From Antedon mediterranea (lineage: Eukaryota; Animalia; Echinodermata): 64,000 bases of DNA. The stretch lies in the NCBI RefSeq assembly GCF_964355755.1, contig NC_092676.1:26740871-26804870 (forward strand), given 5' to 3'. Made by a program: the position numbers and the translations under genes. Under the pieces are notes generated by a model, which was not told the origin of the DNA, searched no databases, and saw nothing but the letters and a program-made list of their open reading frames with translations. This document shows positions 24,901-37,447 of the stretch, in pieces. Within the stretch, counting starts at the first letter, position 1. Each line of letters opens with the position of its first letter.

Positions 24901-27900
24901 CTATTTTGTGAAGGCGTCTGTACGTAAAGGTCTACTTCCTGTCGTCTTAGCAGGATTGCTATCTGCAAGAAAAAAGTACAGTCATACAAATTTTAATATT
25001 TTTTATCGATTAAAAATAGAATTAAATAAAAGATAAATAAATTATATGCATATTACATTTACGATTACAATATTTGTTAATTGAAAAAAAATGAGTTAAA
25101 TGCATAATATAGGTCACCAGCCTTACATTTATGAACTTTTCCCAGGACTATTATTGAGCTCCTATTACTCTTTACACTCAATATGCCTCCTATTCCTGTT
25201 GTCTCTTAAGCTCTGTCTACACTATCAAACTAGTTTGAAAAAAAAGTGTGATGTGCTCAAATATGGTAGTGATATTCCCAAATATGGTAGTGATATGACA
25301 TCATGTCCATATTTGGCACATCACATTTTTTTGTCACATACAGTTTGATTATTTTAATATTAATATACTATTTTACAAAGGCTTTTGATTATCATTGTAC
25401 TAGACAATTAACAGCAACTAAAACAATTTTTTTTAGAGCTAAAACAGAACTAAAGAAAGAGACTGACCCATTCCGAAAGAAGGTACTTGATGGCCGCCAG
25501 CTAGCTTTGAAAATCAGCGCCAACTCTGTGTATGGCTTCACAGGGGCGCAAGTTGGCAAGCTACCATGTTTAGAGATCTCGCAGGTACTTTAAATATATT
25601 TAAATAAAATATAATAATTAAAATAGTCATTTAAGAATGTTACAGTAAAATTTAAAAAGAGTAAAGATTATTTGTACATTTTGCAAGTAAAAAAATCAGG
25701 CATTTGTAATGTTATTTCATATATTTCATTTCATTTATTTATTTGACCAACTAACCATAATGTAAAATATACAGAGATGAATTGGTCAGGGACTGCTAAA
25801 GTTAATAAGATTACTATGACTACAAGAGTCAGCAGTCTCATATATATTATATTAATATATATCATATTTTTCTGTCCTGTACTGCAGTATCAATTGGAAT
25901 GAATTCTCTATAAAAACTTGCATTTCAGAGCGTAACAGCATTTGGAAGAATGATGATTGAACGAACCAAGGACTTTGTGGAATCTAAGTACACAGTTGCA
26001 AATGGTTATCAACATGATGCAAAGGTACGTTAGCAACGGTAGATTGGTAGTTAACATGTTTACCATAATTCCGGGTTCAACCTTAAGCTAAGGCCAGGGT
26101 TCAATCTTAAGCTAGTGTTAGGGTTCAATCTTAAGCTAGTGCCAGGGTTCAATCTTAACCTAGTATCAGGGTTTGATCATAAGCTAGTGTCAGCGTTCAA
26201 TCTTAGCTAGTGTCCGAGTTGAATCCTTAGTGTCAAGGTTCAATCCTGACCTAGTTTTTTATATATTTAGGCAAATTGCCAAGAATAAGTTATTCAGTTA
26301 TAAACTGTCATAATCATTAGAAGAAATTTTGACACTGACAGGACTTGAACCCAGGACCCTTGGCTTGGTAGCTAAGAGTCATAAAAGCTCTCCAACAACA
26401 ACAGTTGTACCTAACAACTGTTTCTCCACTACCTAAACCTCAAATGAACCTTGAGGATATAGTTTTATCCATCCTGTAATTGGCGAGTTGCTTGCTGTTG
26501 GATGTGTAGTTCAGTACATTTTTATAACTATTTATTACAGTTTTTATTCTTTTATTCTGAAATTGTTGTACCTTTGTAGGTAATTTATGGCGACACAGAT
26601 TCTGTTATGATTAAGTTTGGTGTAGATACTGTCCAGGCAAGCATTGACCTGGGAAAAGAAGCAGCAGAGTGGATTACAAAGGAATTTCCAGATCCGTGCA
26701 AGTTGGAATTTGAAAAAGTAAATATATTTTTCTTTTTAAAATAAACATTTTTTTAAAGTTAAAAAAAATAAAATAAATTTTAAATTTAATTTAATTTAAT
26801 TTGGTTTTTTTTCAGGTTTATTTTCCTTACTTATTAATCAATAAGAAACGGTATGCAGGTTTGTATTTCACAAAAGCTGATGTTCATGATAAGATGGATT
26901 GCAAAGGGATAGAGACGGTCCGTCGGGATAACAGTCCACTCGTTGCAAACCTCATAAATACTTGTCTCCAGAAAATATTAATCGAAAGGTATGTCATATC
27001 TTCCGCAAAATTATGTCTTTAGCTGATTTAAATAATGTAATAGTGTAATTAAGGTAAATTTTTCACTAGCAAATCTATTCACATGAATAAATTAAAGATA
27101 TATTGTCCCCTAAAAAAAAATATTTTTGAAATTTTTTGTTGAATATGCCATTTTAATATCACATAATAGTTATTCATTTTGACCAAAAATTGGATCAGCA
27201 AAAAACAACTGTAATTTAAAGCCAAAAAATGGGTTTAGACAATGTGTTTTTGGTTAAATTTAACTGGTTTTTTTTGTTGTCTTTTTATAATGCAATTCTA
27301 TGGAATTGAATAACTTCATTAAAACTGTAGTCTGATGATGATGATTTTAGAGAACAATACATCATTAACAAAATTAATAAAGCAGTCAGTAATATACTGG
27401 ACTTTAATTGATTTATATTAACAAAACAAGATTCAAACCCAGAATCTTCTCTTAACATTTTATTTCTATTTCACAGTTGTTTCGTTAATGTTTGAGAACT
27501 AACTGGTCTAGTGTCTGAAATTGAGAGTGTTTATAACGCGTTATTCTTTTAATTATTAGAGACCCTGATGGCGCTGTTGAGCATGCGAAGCAGACAATAT
27601 CTGACCTCTTGTGTAATCGAGTCGATATCTCACAGCTTGTCATCACCAAAGAGCTAACGAAGACCGGGGAAGAGTATGCTGGGAAACAAGCGCATGTTGA
27701 GTTGGCGGCAAGGTTTGTGAATTAATGTTATATTTTTTTTATTTTATTTATTTCAACAATATTTTATGAGGGTGATCCATCCAGCATAAGCTGATCATTA
27801 GGGACCCTCAAACAATACAAACAGAAAATACAAAATAAACTATAAAAACACAAAATTAACAAAGATAAAAAAATAAATATATATATAAATATACAGTAGG

Positions 27901-30900
27901 CCAACAATGAAAGAAGGATAAAAAGAAATAGTATCAGAGAGAGAGAAACAGGTGTTTTTTCAAAAGAGATTTAAAGGAGAAGAAATTGTAAGAGTTACGA
28001 ATGCTTATAGGTATAGAAGCATTGAAACTAAAAGAAAGTTTAAAGATGATGAATATGATAAGAAATGATGATAAATATGATAAGAAATGATGATAAATAT
28101 GATAATAAATTACAACTTTTATTATTTTAGTGTTTATATTATTGGCTTATAATAGTGTATTAGTTACCCACTTAGTATATAGAAGTATATTAAAGATATA
28201 TTGTTGATCAGTGACTGATCAATTAATCCATAACTTGTGATTGGTCAAATTTCTTACATTGCTTTACGTCGTTAATAATGAACATTTTGTGATGGAATGT
28301 TATCTAATCAATAAAACCACATTTTTAATCTAATAATAGAGATGAAAATTTTTAGAGCAAAATTAGAAATATCGAACAATATAATATTGTTTGTCTAAAA
28401 ATTGTATACTTGTTTAATTATTAGCAATGTTTCCTCTTTTACATTCATTTCATTCATTTGTGTTCAATCCCAAAAAAATAAATATGCACTAACTAATAAC
28501 TAATATTTCAGGGGCTTTTCCCATTTTGTATATATGACGTTAAAATGTTCAAAAAATGTATTTTTTTGGGACTTTAAATGTTGATATATTTAAAAAAAAA
28601 AATTTTTTTCCACTATTCAACTTTCAAAACTTAAAAAATATTTATCATTATTTTCTGTATTGAATGATTATACCTTTAAATGAACTACTTTGTTTTGCTT
28701 TTTTTGGAACTACTAAATTTACTGAAAAAGGGTACAGATTTTAATTAAAAATACTATAATTATTTTTGTGTGTAGAATGCGTAAAAGAGATGCTGGAAGT
28801 GCACCAACACTTGGTGACCGTGTACCGTATGTTATCGTCTCCGCATCAAAGGGTGCTGCGGCTTACGAGAAATCAGAGGTAATGTTTTTGTTTCATACTA
28901 CAATGTGGAGTATACCGTGGTCAGAGGGATTATTTCATACAACAAACAAAAAGAAAAGTATAAAAAATTACATTTAAATCCTAAATAAGAAGCATATTAT
29001 ACAAGTAAAATGAAATAGTAAAAACAAAATAATGTTAGACAGAACAATACTTAACTTTTATGATGGAGTTAATGTTAGACAGAACAATACTTAACTTTTA
29101 TGATGGAGTTAATGTTAGACAGAACAATACTTAACTTTTATGATGGAGTTAATGTTAGACAGAACAATACTTAACCTTTATGATGGAGTTAATGTTAGAC
29201 AGAACAATACTTAACTTTTATGATGGAGTTAATGTTAGACAGAACAATACTTAACCTTTATGATGGAGTTAATGTTATTATCTATTTATTATCATTATTT
29301 TTGTTGTCAATCAATGATGAGATATTATATTTGTTTATTTTTATTTATCAGTCTGTGTTTGTTTTTGTAGGATCCTATCTACGTTCTTGAGAATAATATT
29401 CCAATTGACACAAAGTATTATTTAGATAATCAACTTAAAGGACCTCTGTTGCGTATCTTTGAACCTGTTCTTGGTGAAGCCAAAGCTCTTTCTGTTCTCT
29501 TCAGTAAGTCTATTTTTATGCTTTACAACTTACGATTAGTTAAAGCAACGTTCCGCAAATTATGGGCTGTGCCAAAAACATTTTTGAAGGGCCACAGTGG
29601 CTTCAGAAAAAAAAACCCAAATATAATGTTTCAACGTCGTAAGCGCCTTTATTTTAACCATGGAAAATAAGTTAGGTTTGATTAATTTGACAAGGCACTG
29701 CTGTATGCGGTCTATTGCATTTCCAGCAGTTAACAATAGGTGTTGTCAATTATCATATCTTCTAAACCAATGTGAGAACAAATTATTAGATTAAAAAACC
29801 AAATATATTTTATTTTTTAAGAGGGTGACCACACTAGGACAAAGACGTTAGTAACGTCGAAGGTTGGAGGGTTGTCAGCATTCACAAAAAAGCGCAGTAC
29901 TTGTATAGGATGCCGTACACCATTGGATCGGGATAATATAGCTGTATGTCAATACTGTAAGGAGAAAGAATCGGAGTTATACCAAAAAGAGGTAGATTTT
30001 GATATTATTTATTTGTAATGTAATTTGATACAATACTTATCATCATAAGTACATTAACCGAATTGTGGCAAACACAGGATACGAATGAAGAACACACATC
30101 CCTGGATACCGCTGATTCCGGGAATCCAGGTCATTTATGGAAATGTTTGTATGTAAATATGAAATAAAAATGATACATTTTTTGAAAAATATGTTGGAAA
30201 AAAAAAATGTTAGAAAATTGTTTATGCTGCCCTCTAATGTCAATACTGGTAACTGGATAAAATCAGAACAAAACCTTTTGAGGTGAAAAAAACCCCAAAA
30301 TGTTTTTATATAGTAAAAATTTGCAGTATTAAGCTCTGTCTACACTATCAAATTGTATGTAACAATAAAATGTAATGTGCCCATATATGGACATGATGGT
30401 ATCACTACCATATTTGAGCATATCACTACCATATTTGGGCACATCGTAGACAGACCTGTACACACATTTTATGGGTTTAATAGTTTGTCATTAAAAAGTG
30501 GGCGGGACCAACTTCTGTTAAAGCTGTATGCACACATGCTGTCTAGCTGTATCTTGGTGGTTAAGATGCTCAGCTTCTAATACCAGGGTCCTGGGTTCAA
30601 ATCCTGTCAGATGCCAGAATTTTTTTCATGACAGAACAACTTCACTCTCTTTGTCTTTGTAGACAGAGTAGAGTATCTTTTGTATATGTTTGTTTTTTTA
30701 AGGGGGAGGTCTCTTTTATAGCCACTGGCTGGAGACTTGTCTCCTAACTGTTGTAGAATAAAATATAAATAAATTTAAATCCTAAAATAAATTGAAATTG
30801 GTTAACCTTCCTGAAACTAGATTCCTTAAATGAACCTCTCTCAAAACCAGACGGTAGTTGACTGTCACAAATTGTTTTATACAACGTAAAATCCGTTGCT

Positions 30901-33900
30901 TGCAATTCGTTCCAAACGATGTCTGTTTTTGTGAGAGTTGATCTATTTAGTTATAAGCATACTGTACTATTACCTAAATATGAATAGTTAAAAAAAACAT
31001 AAATAGATTTTATTAAATCCTCATAATGTGGTAGTCCGATTTGTTTATGTTGAAATCATCTAAAGTTGCTTGTAAGATTTGAACTTTTTCCTGTAGGAAA
31101 CAAAACAAGTTATAATGTGGTTGGAAATGAAATTGGAGTAAGCCAAAAATAAGAGCACTTGTGAATATTGATGATATAAACATATAGACGAAGATGTTAT
31201 TTCACAACGTACATGTTTTTCTCAAAAGGGCATACACTTTTACACAAATCCAATATTTATCTAGGTTTTTTATATTTTTCAGTTTCATCCTAAACTTGTC
31301 TTATTTCTGCTTATAACCAAGGCAATCAGGTAACTGAGCTCGCCTTGCCAATATAGGAACTTGTAACAGTCCTTTGATCTTATGTCTAGCTGCCACAAAT
31401 ACCAACAGTACTGTACAATATTCTCTGTGGCACTGATCGTGTTGCAGCCACAGCTAAGCCCTTTGATCTCTGGAGCTCAGCATCCTGTTTTTAGATTGCC
31501 TTGTTATAACTAAGCACATTTTGAAGCAGAAAATTTGCTATATTTAGGCATTATGAATAGGTTTAAAAACTTTCTAAAACTCTACCAATACCAGAATTTC
31601 TGGAAAACCAGAAATATTAGAGTAGCCCAAGGGTTCCGGTATTTGGATACTTTCCTATGAATTATAGCTACCTGTCAAAAAACCAAAAGCCTATTTTTAT
31701 TGCTGGAAGTGACTACCGGTAACCCATTATTATATATATATATATATACAAAGCCACAAATTTGTCCATTGTTGCACAATCAGTTATCTGTATAGAACTG
31801 GTTTAGGATGTTCGTTGTCATTACTCATTGTACAAGCTGTGTCATATTTTTAGTTTCACAGATTCTCCATATCTATGACCACTACTCCATGTTTCACATG
31901 TATAAATGTTGCTTTGCTAAGAGAAGTGTGTGGGTCAACTTTTTTATTTTTGTTTTGTATTCAACCTTATTTATCATGGGGCCCTCAGGATGATTTATGA
32001 TAACTGTCTGTGTGTGACAGTGGCTGTGTGTATACTAGTACACTGGGGTAACACACTACTCGTCACGTCTCCAAAGATGTACTAGATTCTTTAAAATGCA
32101 CATTAGCCAGATGAGTACACTGGACCTACAGTTTTTTGCCCTTATCCGAGAAGACTCGTTCTACCACCAAAACCATGGAGCGAGTGAGGCTCGAACCCTT
32201 GCCTATGTTATGGCTAGGTATTATGGTTCTACTGTCGTAACCACTTGACCACTCATTTGCTCAGGATGGGCAGAGACATTTCCAGTTAATGACCATTGTT
32301 ATGTGATAGGGACACATTATAGCAAGCCTCTTAGACCCTTATTATAGACTAACATGGCTGGCCTAAATATGCATCCTTAAATAAAAGAACTTTCAAATTG
32401 ACCACTAAATCCCTGTCACAAAGCCATGTATATTTAAAGAAATGTGCACTTTCAAAGAACTGTTTTTTTAGCATATTCTACTAACACCAGATATGGCTTT
32501 CCCTGCGTCTTTCCCTGAACCTTTTGTATTGTAATAGGAACTCACACAGGAAATGCAGGGTTAGAGGTCTTGGAATGATTGAGTTGTTCGTACCGTCGTA
32601 AGCAACGCTCGTAGCTATACTATTGTCTTTCAATCCTTGTTACTTAGATGAAAAAATAATTCAGTTCTTTGAATTTCAAACTGGGAAAGCATGAGTCAGA
32701 GATCTTGGAATTGAGATGTTATTGATATGTTTGTGGTAAACAACCTTGTCTCACAAATGTAATTACTGCCGAATATAAGTTCATGCAAAATTAGGAGGTT
32801 AATCTGCGAAATCATTCAATATTGTCAAATAAGGCCTGATATTTTCTTAAGCCTTGTCTACACTATCAAACTTTATGTGACAAAAACATTTGATGTGCCC
32901 TTATATGGACATGATGATGTCATATTATTACCATATTTGAGAATATCACTACCATATTTGGGTACATCACTATTGTTTTTGTCAAACTAGTTTGATAGTA
33001 TTTACAGAGCTTTAAAAGGTTGAAATAATTTTATTTGAGTTTAATTGATAATATTAAAATAGAGTAATCATTTAGCTATGTTTTGTATATTTAAATCTTA
33101 GAGCAAATGAGGTTTATGGAATTTATTTGATGTATTTAGTTTTTAATTAATAAAATGAAAATTGAGATTAATATTTAAAAAGTTTAAAGTGAAACTAATT
33201 TAGTCATAATTGAGCAGCAGTTTCATGGTAAAAAAACTATTGTAACCAATTGCACAACTTTAAAATCAACAGTTATTTTTATGAGAATTATTATGTATAT
33301 TGATTAAATAAATTATTAAAAAATCGGGATTTTTACCGAGACATTGTTTAGCAAGACAATATATAAAGGGAGTTAGTCAAACGTGATGAGCGCTATCACG
33401 CATAGTTTTGTTACAATGAAAGCAAATAGAAAAATGAAATGCCATATAGATGATCTAATAGAATATACACAATTTATATTACAATTTATATACACAATAT
33501 ATAATATATATATAAATTTGTTTATTACAATCACATATTTTCATTATATAATTAATAAAAGAGTTACAAAGAATTGATTTAAACTAAAACTTAAATGAGT
33601 CACTCAATCCTCATCAACGCAGTAATGTATTGTTAGGCAACAATGGTTTACGAATGGTTTCATTATTATTATTTAGTAATTTTTGTATGCAAATTTAAAT
33701 AAGTGTACTTTTGTATGTCTATATCTCTTTCAGTTTCATTTTAATTGTTTAAAAAAAATAAAAATATCTGGGGTTTTCCAATTCTAATTATAGAAATAAT
33801 TTAAAAAGCTACAGTACAACACCATAGCTGTATGTTTTTTAAAAAAAATTGGAAATATTAAAGATGAAAAACATATACAATAAAAAATAAAATCAAACTT

Positions 33901-36182
33901 CATATTTTGGAAAAAATATTGATTTTACATTTATAAAAACTAAACTAATTTTTATCTTCAAATTACAATTTAATCAAGAAAGTACTTTTTCTCGAAAATT
34001 TTTGGTCAAATGCAAATGCCTATTATGTGGCATTAAGATTGTCTATTCAACAACAACATCATTTTAAAATTATTTTTTGAGGGGATGATGCATCTTTAAA
34101 GATCTTGTATTTTTAATTTGTAATTTGGTAGGTTTTTGGTGTTTTTTTAAAAAAAAGTAAACGGCTTTGAGAGGAAAATTATAGAGAACAATATTGTAAT
34201 TTGGTAGGTTTTTGGTGTTTCTTTTTGTGTCAAAAAGTGAACCGCTTTGAGACTCAGGAAAAATTATAGAGAACAAGATTGTTTATGCTGGAGTTGTTCT
34301 CCAAATCATCAATTTTGTCTCTCTTTTAGTATTTTTATTGTTTCAACAATTTTTTACCGGGATTGATGGTACTGATGCTTTCAATACTGTCATCAATCCA
34401 GATACCATGAGTATGTTGACTTTCATATCATATATAACATCCTAATCATGAATTAACTGTAGAGGGAAGTTATTTTTTTATTAGTGGAAGATAAACCAAT
34501 TGAGGTCCTTGACAAGAGGCACTGTGTATTATCACGGCACATCCACATATTTCAATAAAACGTGTCATTATTATCAATTTAGATGATTTGTTAGTTTTTA
34601 GTGATTTCTTCCTCTTTACCTTATTTATCTAATTGTTGACGAGTGCTCTTAATTTAAATTCAATGTATCTCTTTGTTTTACAAGTAATAATATATATCAT
34701 GTTTATTAGCAGCTGATCCCATGTACAGTACAATGTTTTATTGAGATTTTGGCATTTTCAACAGTTTAAAAAATTTACAGATTTTAGAATTTTTTTGTAG
34801 TACATCAACAATTTAATTTAAAAAAATTAATAGATAAATTTACTTTATTAAAAGCTTTTCTTTAATATGCCATTTTAATGTCACCCAATAGTTATTCACT
34901 TTGATCAAAAACAGGATTTAAACAAAAAATGATTTACCTTAAAAAAATGTAATTTAAAGCAAAACATTCTTAAATTGTCTGTCAGACAATGGTTTTTGAT
35001 TAAAATTTTTTTTTAAATCTTTTGTCTTTTTTTAACAGAAGTGAATAACTTTATTAAAACGGCAAAATGGCCTATTTTAAGTCTGATTTTATTAATCTTC
35101 ATGTGTCATGTTTTTGGGAACAATACAAAATACATATATTGCAAGTTGTATCCAGTTTTGTTGTAGTTTTATGTGATTATACTGCCCTCTTTAGTGGGCA
35201 ATTTCCTACTATAATGGATTTAAAAGCATTGACAAAATCCTACAATTGAATAGTGAGAAATATTAATATTTTATTGGTATACCAAAAAAAAAAATTCAAA
35301 ATACACCCCAACATTTAATTTAATCAAGCTCTGTCTACACTATCAAACTAGTTTCATGAAAAAAAAAGTGTAATGTGCCCAAATATTGTAGTTATACGCC
35401 CAAATATGATATTGATATGACATCATCATGGCAATATATGGACACATCATTTTTTTGTGACATAAAGTTTGATAGTATAGACAATGCCTAACTTGGTCTT
35501 TGGGTAGAAACATACCCAGAAACTTAATTCTGTGTTCAAGACCTGTGGGCATATTTAAAATTACAGTAATGAATGAGCTTTTTATCAGAAGCAGGAAAAA
35601 TGTTATTGATATAATAAGTATGGCGGTAAAACATCTGTGTATATGATTGTATTAATTTTTTTAAATTGTAATTTCTTTCTTTAAGATGTCCCAATTCAAT
35701 GCCATGGAAGAGAAATTCTCGAGATTGTGGACGCAATGCCAAAGATGTCAGGGTAGTCTTCATGAAGACGTCTTATGTTCCAGGTAATGAAGCAATAAAA
35801 AATACAATAGTGCCTATTATGCATAGGTAAAACAATATTATGATAAAGTAAATGAAATCAAACATTAAAGATGGATCGTCCCCATGAAAAAATAATTCTT
35901 TAATGGGTTTTTGTTGTTGAATTTAACCATTTATTTTGTCATTTTTATAAGTGAAAACTGCTATTTTGTTTTCGTTTTTTTCTACGGAAGTGATTAACAT
36001 TATTAAAACTATGATTTAATTAATCTTCATTTGTTCATGTTTTTGGGGGACAATAATTGATTAATTGAATTCTGTTTCCTTATAGCCGTGATTGCCCTAT
36101 TTTCTACATGCGTAAGAAAGTACAAAAAGATCTTGCAGATCAGAATAAGTTAATCAGGAGGTTCGGCAATCCAGCATGGTAA
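12955..36182 (+). CDS. POLD1: DNA polymerase delta catalytic subunit, ~1087 aa, 21 coding exons: 12955-13105, 14023-14130, 14470-14736, 14817-14988, 20147-20373, 21293-21459, 21909-22154, 22340-22450, 23171-23451, 24055-24165, 24862-24975, 25437-25584, 25929-26024, 26580-26717, 26816-26988, 27560-27712, 28776-28878, 29371-29503, 29822-29991, 35686-35783, 36086-36182
   Basis: All introns GT-AG, 3264 nt in frame. Exo motifs [20 protein letters not shown]; pol motifs [35 protein letters not shown]; C-terminal CysA (CIGC...CQYC) and CysB (CQRC...C...DCPIFYMR). Confidence 0.98.
13128..13290 (+). mobile_element. tRNA-derived SINE family 1
   Basis: TGGTTATGATGCTTGGCTACC...GGGTCCTGGGTTCAAGTCCTG...CCAAAGACTTG...AGCATCTTGTG; similar copies at ~30553, ~40553 and ~26320 (minus strand). 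Confidence 0.8.
15128..16085. repeat. Minisatellite, 25-bp unit CATTGATAACTGGACAGTTAGTGGTC-like (variants ...GTGTTG), over 35 copies, POLD1 intron 4
   Basis: Directly visible tandem array; one more partial unit follows the LINE at ~20080-20098. Confidence 0.97.
16086..20080 (+). mobile_element. 5'-truncated Rex1/Babar-type LINE (APE + RT ORF2), interrupted by a nested insertion
   Basis: APE ([15 protein letters not shown]) and RT ([35 protein letters not shown]). In-frame TGA at 16842-16844; AATAAA plus (AACTTG)3 tail at ~20053-20080. Confidence 0.93.
17886..19161 (+). mobile_element. Second LINE 3' fragment (CR1/L2-group-like) inserted in the Rex RT domain
   Basis: KYLGV...VRPLLEY...WDP...[11 protein letters not shown]...[14 protein letters not shown]; (GAA)n-like tail; flanked by ATGT at 17882-17885 and 19162-19165. 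Confidence 0.88.
20594..21013. repeat. Minisatellite, 16-bp unit GGGACCCCTTTTGTT(T/G), ~26 copies
   Basis: Period 16 visible; source of the four overlapping repetitive ORFs at 20545-21182. Confidence 0.98.
21505..21809. mobile_element. Foldback structure built from two inverted MITE A arms plus ~30 bp of inverted flank
   Basis: GTTTAATGTACTCGTGCATGCATGGATTGAAGCTCTGTCTACAC ... GTGTAGACAGAGCTTCAATCCATGCATGCATGAGTCCATTAAAC. Confidence 0.85.
22593..22707. mobile_element. MITE family A copy
   Basis: AGCTCTGTCTACACTATCAA...GTTTGATAGTGTAGCT. Confidence 0.85.
22925..23130 (+). mobile_element. SINE family 2, 3' part, with internal (ACTGATCATA)n expansion at ~23034-23087
   Basis: TTAAAGAACCTAGTACATCTTT...CGAGTAGGGGGTTACCCCGGTGTACTAGTACACACAGCCACTG is the reverse complement of ~32018-32130. 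Confidence 0.75.
25209..25349. mobile_element. MITE family A copy
   Basis: AGCTCTGTCTACACTATCAAACTAGTTTG...CACATACAGTTTGAT. Confidence 0.85.
26070..26255 (+). repeat. ~24-bp tandem array of a SINE B-box segment (GGGTTCAATCTTAAGCTAGTGYCA)
   Basis: About eight degenerate units following an A-box-like TGGTAGTTAACATG. Confidence 0.75.
27096..27364. mobile_element. MITE family B (Kolobok-like; TTAA flanks, TIR AGATRTATTGTCCCC)
   Basis: TTAA|AGATATATTGTCCCC ... GAACAATACATCA|TTAA; homologous to 35869-36056, 37161-37447, 61698-62027 and partial copies at ~1362-1550 and ~34850-35127. Confidence 0.75.
27740..28012 (-). mobile_element. Short LINE 3' end (L2/Crack-like)
   Basis: Minus-strand [25 protein letters not shown] followed by a 3' UTR ending GAGGGTCCC...ACCCTCAT and an AATAA-rich tail. 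Confidence 0.6.
29031..29277. repeat. 40-bp tandem repeat x6 (AATGTTAGACAGAACAATACTTAACTTTTATGATGGAGTT)
   Basis: Near-identical units with one T/C variant. Confidence 0.98.
30332..30455. mobile_element. MITE family A copy (reverse orientation, truncated)
   Basis: AGCTCTGTCTACACTATCAAA...GTGCCCATATATGGACATGATG...ACTACCATATTTGGGCACATC. Confidence 0.75.
32010..32250 (-). mobile_element. tRNA-derived SINE family 2
   Basis: Minus strand begins GTGGTCAAGTGGTTACG (A box) ... GGGTTCGAGCC (B box); body matches 22925-23040. Confidence 0.75.
32849..33012. mobile_element. MITE family A copy
   Basis: AGCCTTGTCTACACTATCAAAC...GTTTGATAGTATTTACAGAGCT. Confidence 0.85.
35327..35488. mobile_element. MITE family A copy
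   Basis: AGCTCTGTCTACACTATCAAAC...GTTTGATAGTATAGACA. Confidence 0.85.
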
Positions 36183-37160
36183 CAATAGGTTTGACAAGGT
36201 AACCGTAAGCTTCCAATACCTACAGAATACAAAGGTATGTTACTGCACACTCTTAACAACTCTTGTACAATTGTTTTGATTGTAAACTGGAAAATTATTA
36301 CTTTTTGTTGAACCAAATAATACAGACACAAATGGTGTAAATACCTTAGTGACGTTTCTATGACTTGCTTTCAACGTCTTCAAACTACTGTCTGGAATGG
36401 TCTGTACAGTCTTAGAGACGCTGTGTAGCGCCACCAATCGTCCTGCTGTTGATGATTAAGCTTTTTTACGTATGGTTGTAATATACCTTGCAGGCCAAGA
36501 ATACGGCGTGCCATAATTGCGATTTATTGATCAAGTATTGTATCGTTTTTCCATTGGAGTTTGTGTACTGGAACATGCGAAATGAAATACTATTTTTTGC
36601 GAGCAGCATACACTTGATAGGAGCATAGAGGAGTACCTAATTCCTCCATGATTAGAGTACGTAGGCCTATGCCTATATTTGAAGTATGGCTTACTGGTCT
36701 TGCATACAAGATCAACACTGTTGTTTGTGGATATGAGATTATTTTTTGAGAACGCTGTTTGTACAAGTATCATTGTGGATTATAAACTCTGGATAACTTT
36801 ATGTATATTGGACATCAATTTTTCATTCAGTTTTTGTATTTATACAGAACTTTCATATTAACTTTATGTACGCACATCATGTTTTTGTTAATGTACAGAA
36901 CTTTCATAATAATTTGTTAAATCGGGTATAAAGTCTACTGATGAAATAGACGCAAGGATATTTTGCTTAACTATGCAAAAAAATAGTTGACTTCATTCAT
37001 TTATGTGTTTCAATTGGTTCAGTTCTGCTTCAATGCTTCGGGATCGGAAACTATTATAAAGCTGCTAATGACTGCTAAGAGAATGTTTCAGAAAAAAAGC
37101 AAGGTTTCACAGAATTGTTGGAAATACAATTTGATCACCAAGATAAACTTATTACTTTAA

Positions 37161-37447
37161 AGAAATATTGTCCCCTGAAAAAATAATTTTGTTGTTGAAT
37201 ATGCCATTTTGATATTCCATATTAGTTATTCACCTTAAACAAAAATTGGATCGAAAGAAAACCATTTATTTACCTGAAAAAACTGTAATTTAAAGCAAAA
37301 AATTGGCTGCCAGCTAATAGGTTTTTAAGTTTGTAAGTGAAAATTTTTTTCTGCGGAAGTGATTAACTTTTAATAACTAAAATTATGAAATAGACTATTC
37401 AAAATCTGATTTTGTTAATTTTCATGTTTTTGTAGGACAATACATCT
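37161..37447. mobile_element. MITE family B (Kolobok-like), complete copy
   Basis: TTAA|AGAAATATTGTCCCC ... GGACAATACATCT|TTAA. Confidence 0.8.

Noticed and set aside
29031-29277. Regular repeats as possible CRISPR arrays (also 15128, 44098, 46673)
   Set aside because: Contiguous tandem units without unique spacers; eukaryotic context with no cas genes.
29992-35685. Nested gene in the 5.7-kb POLD1 intron
   Set aside because: Only short low-complexity ORFs, SINEs and MITEs found.
12955-36182. Family B polymerase as a Polinton or viral gene
   Set aside because: 21 spliceosomal exons, Pol delta-specific motifs and CysA/CysB show it is host POLD1.
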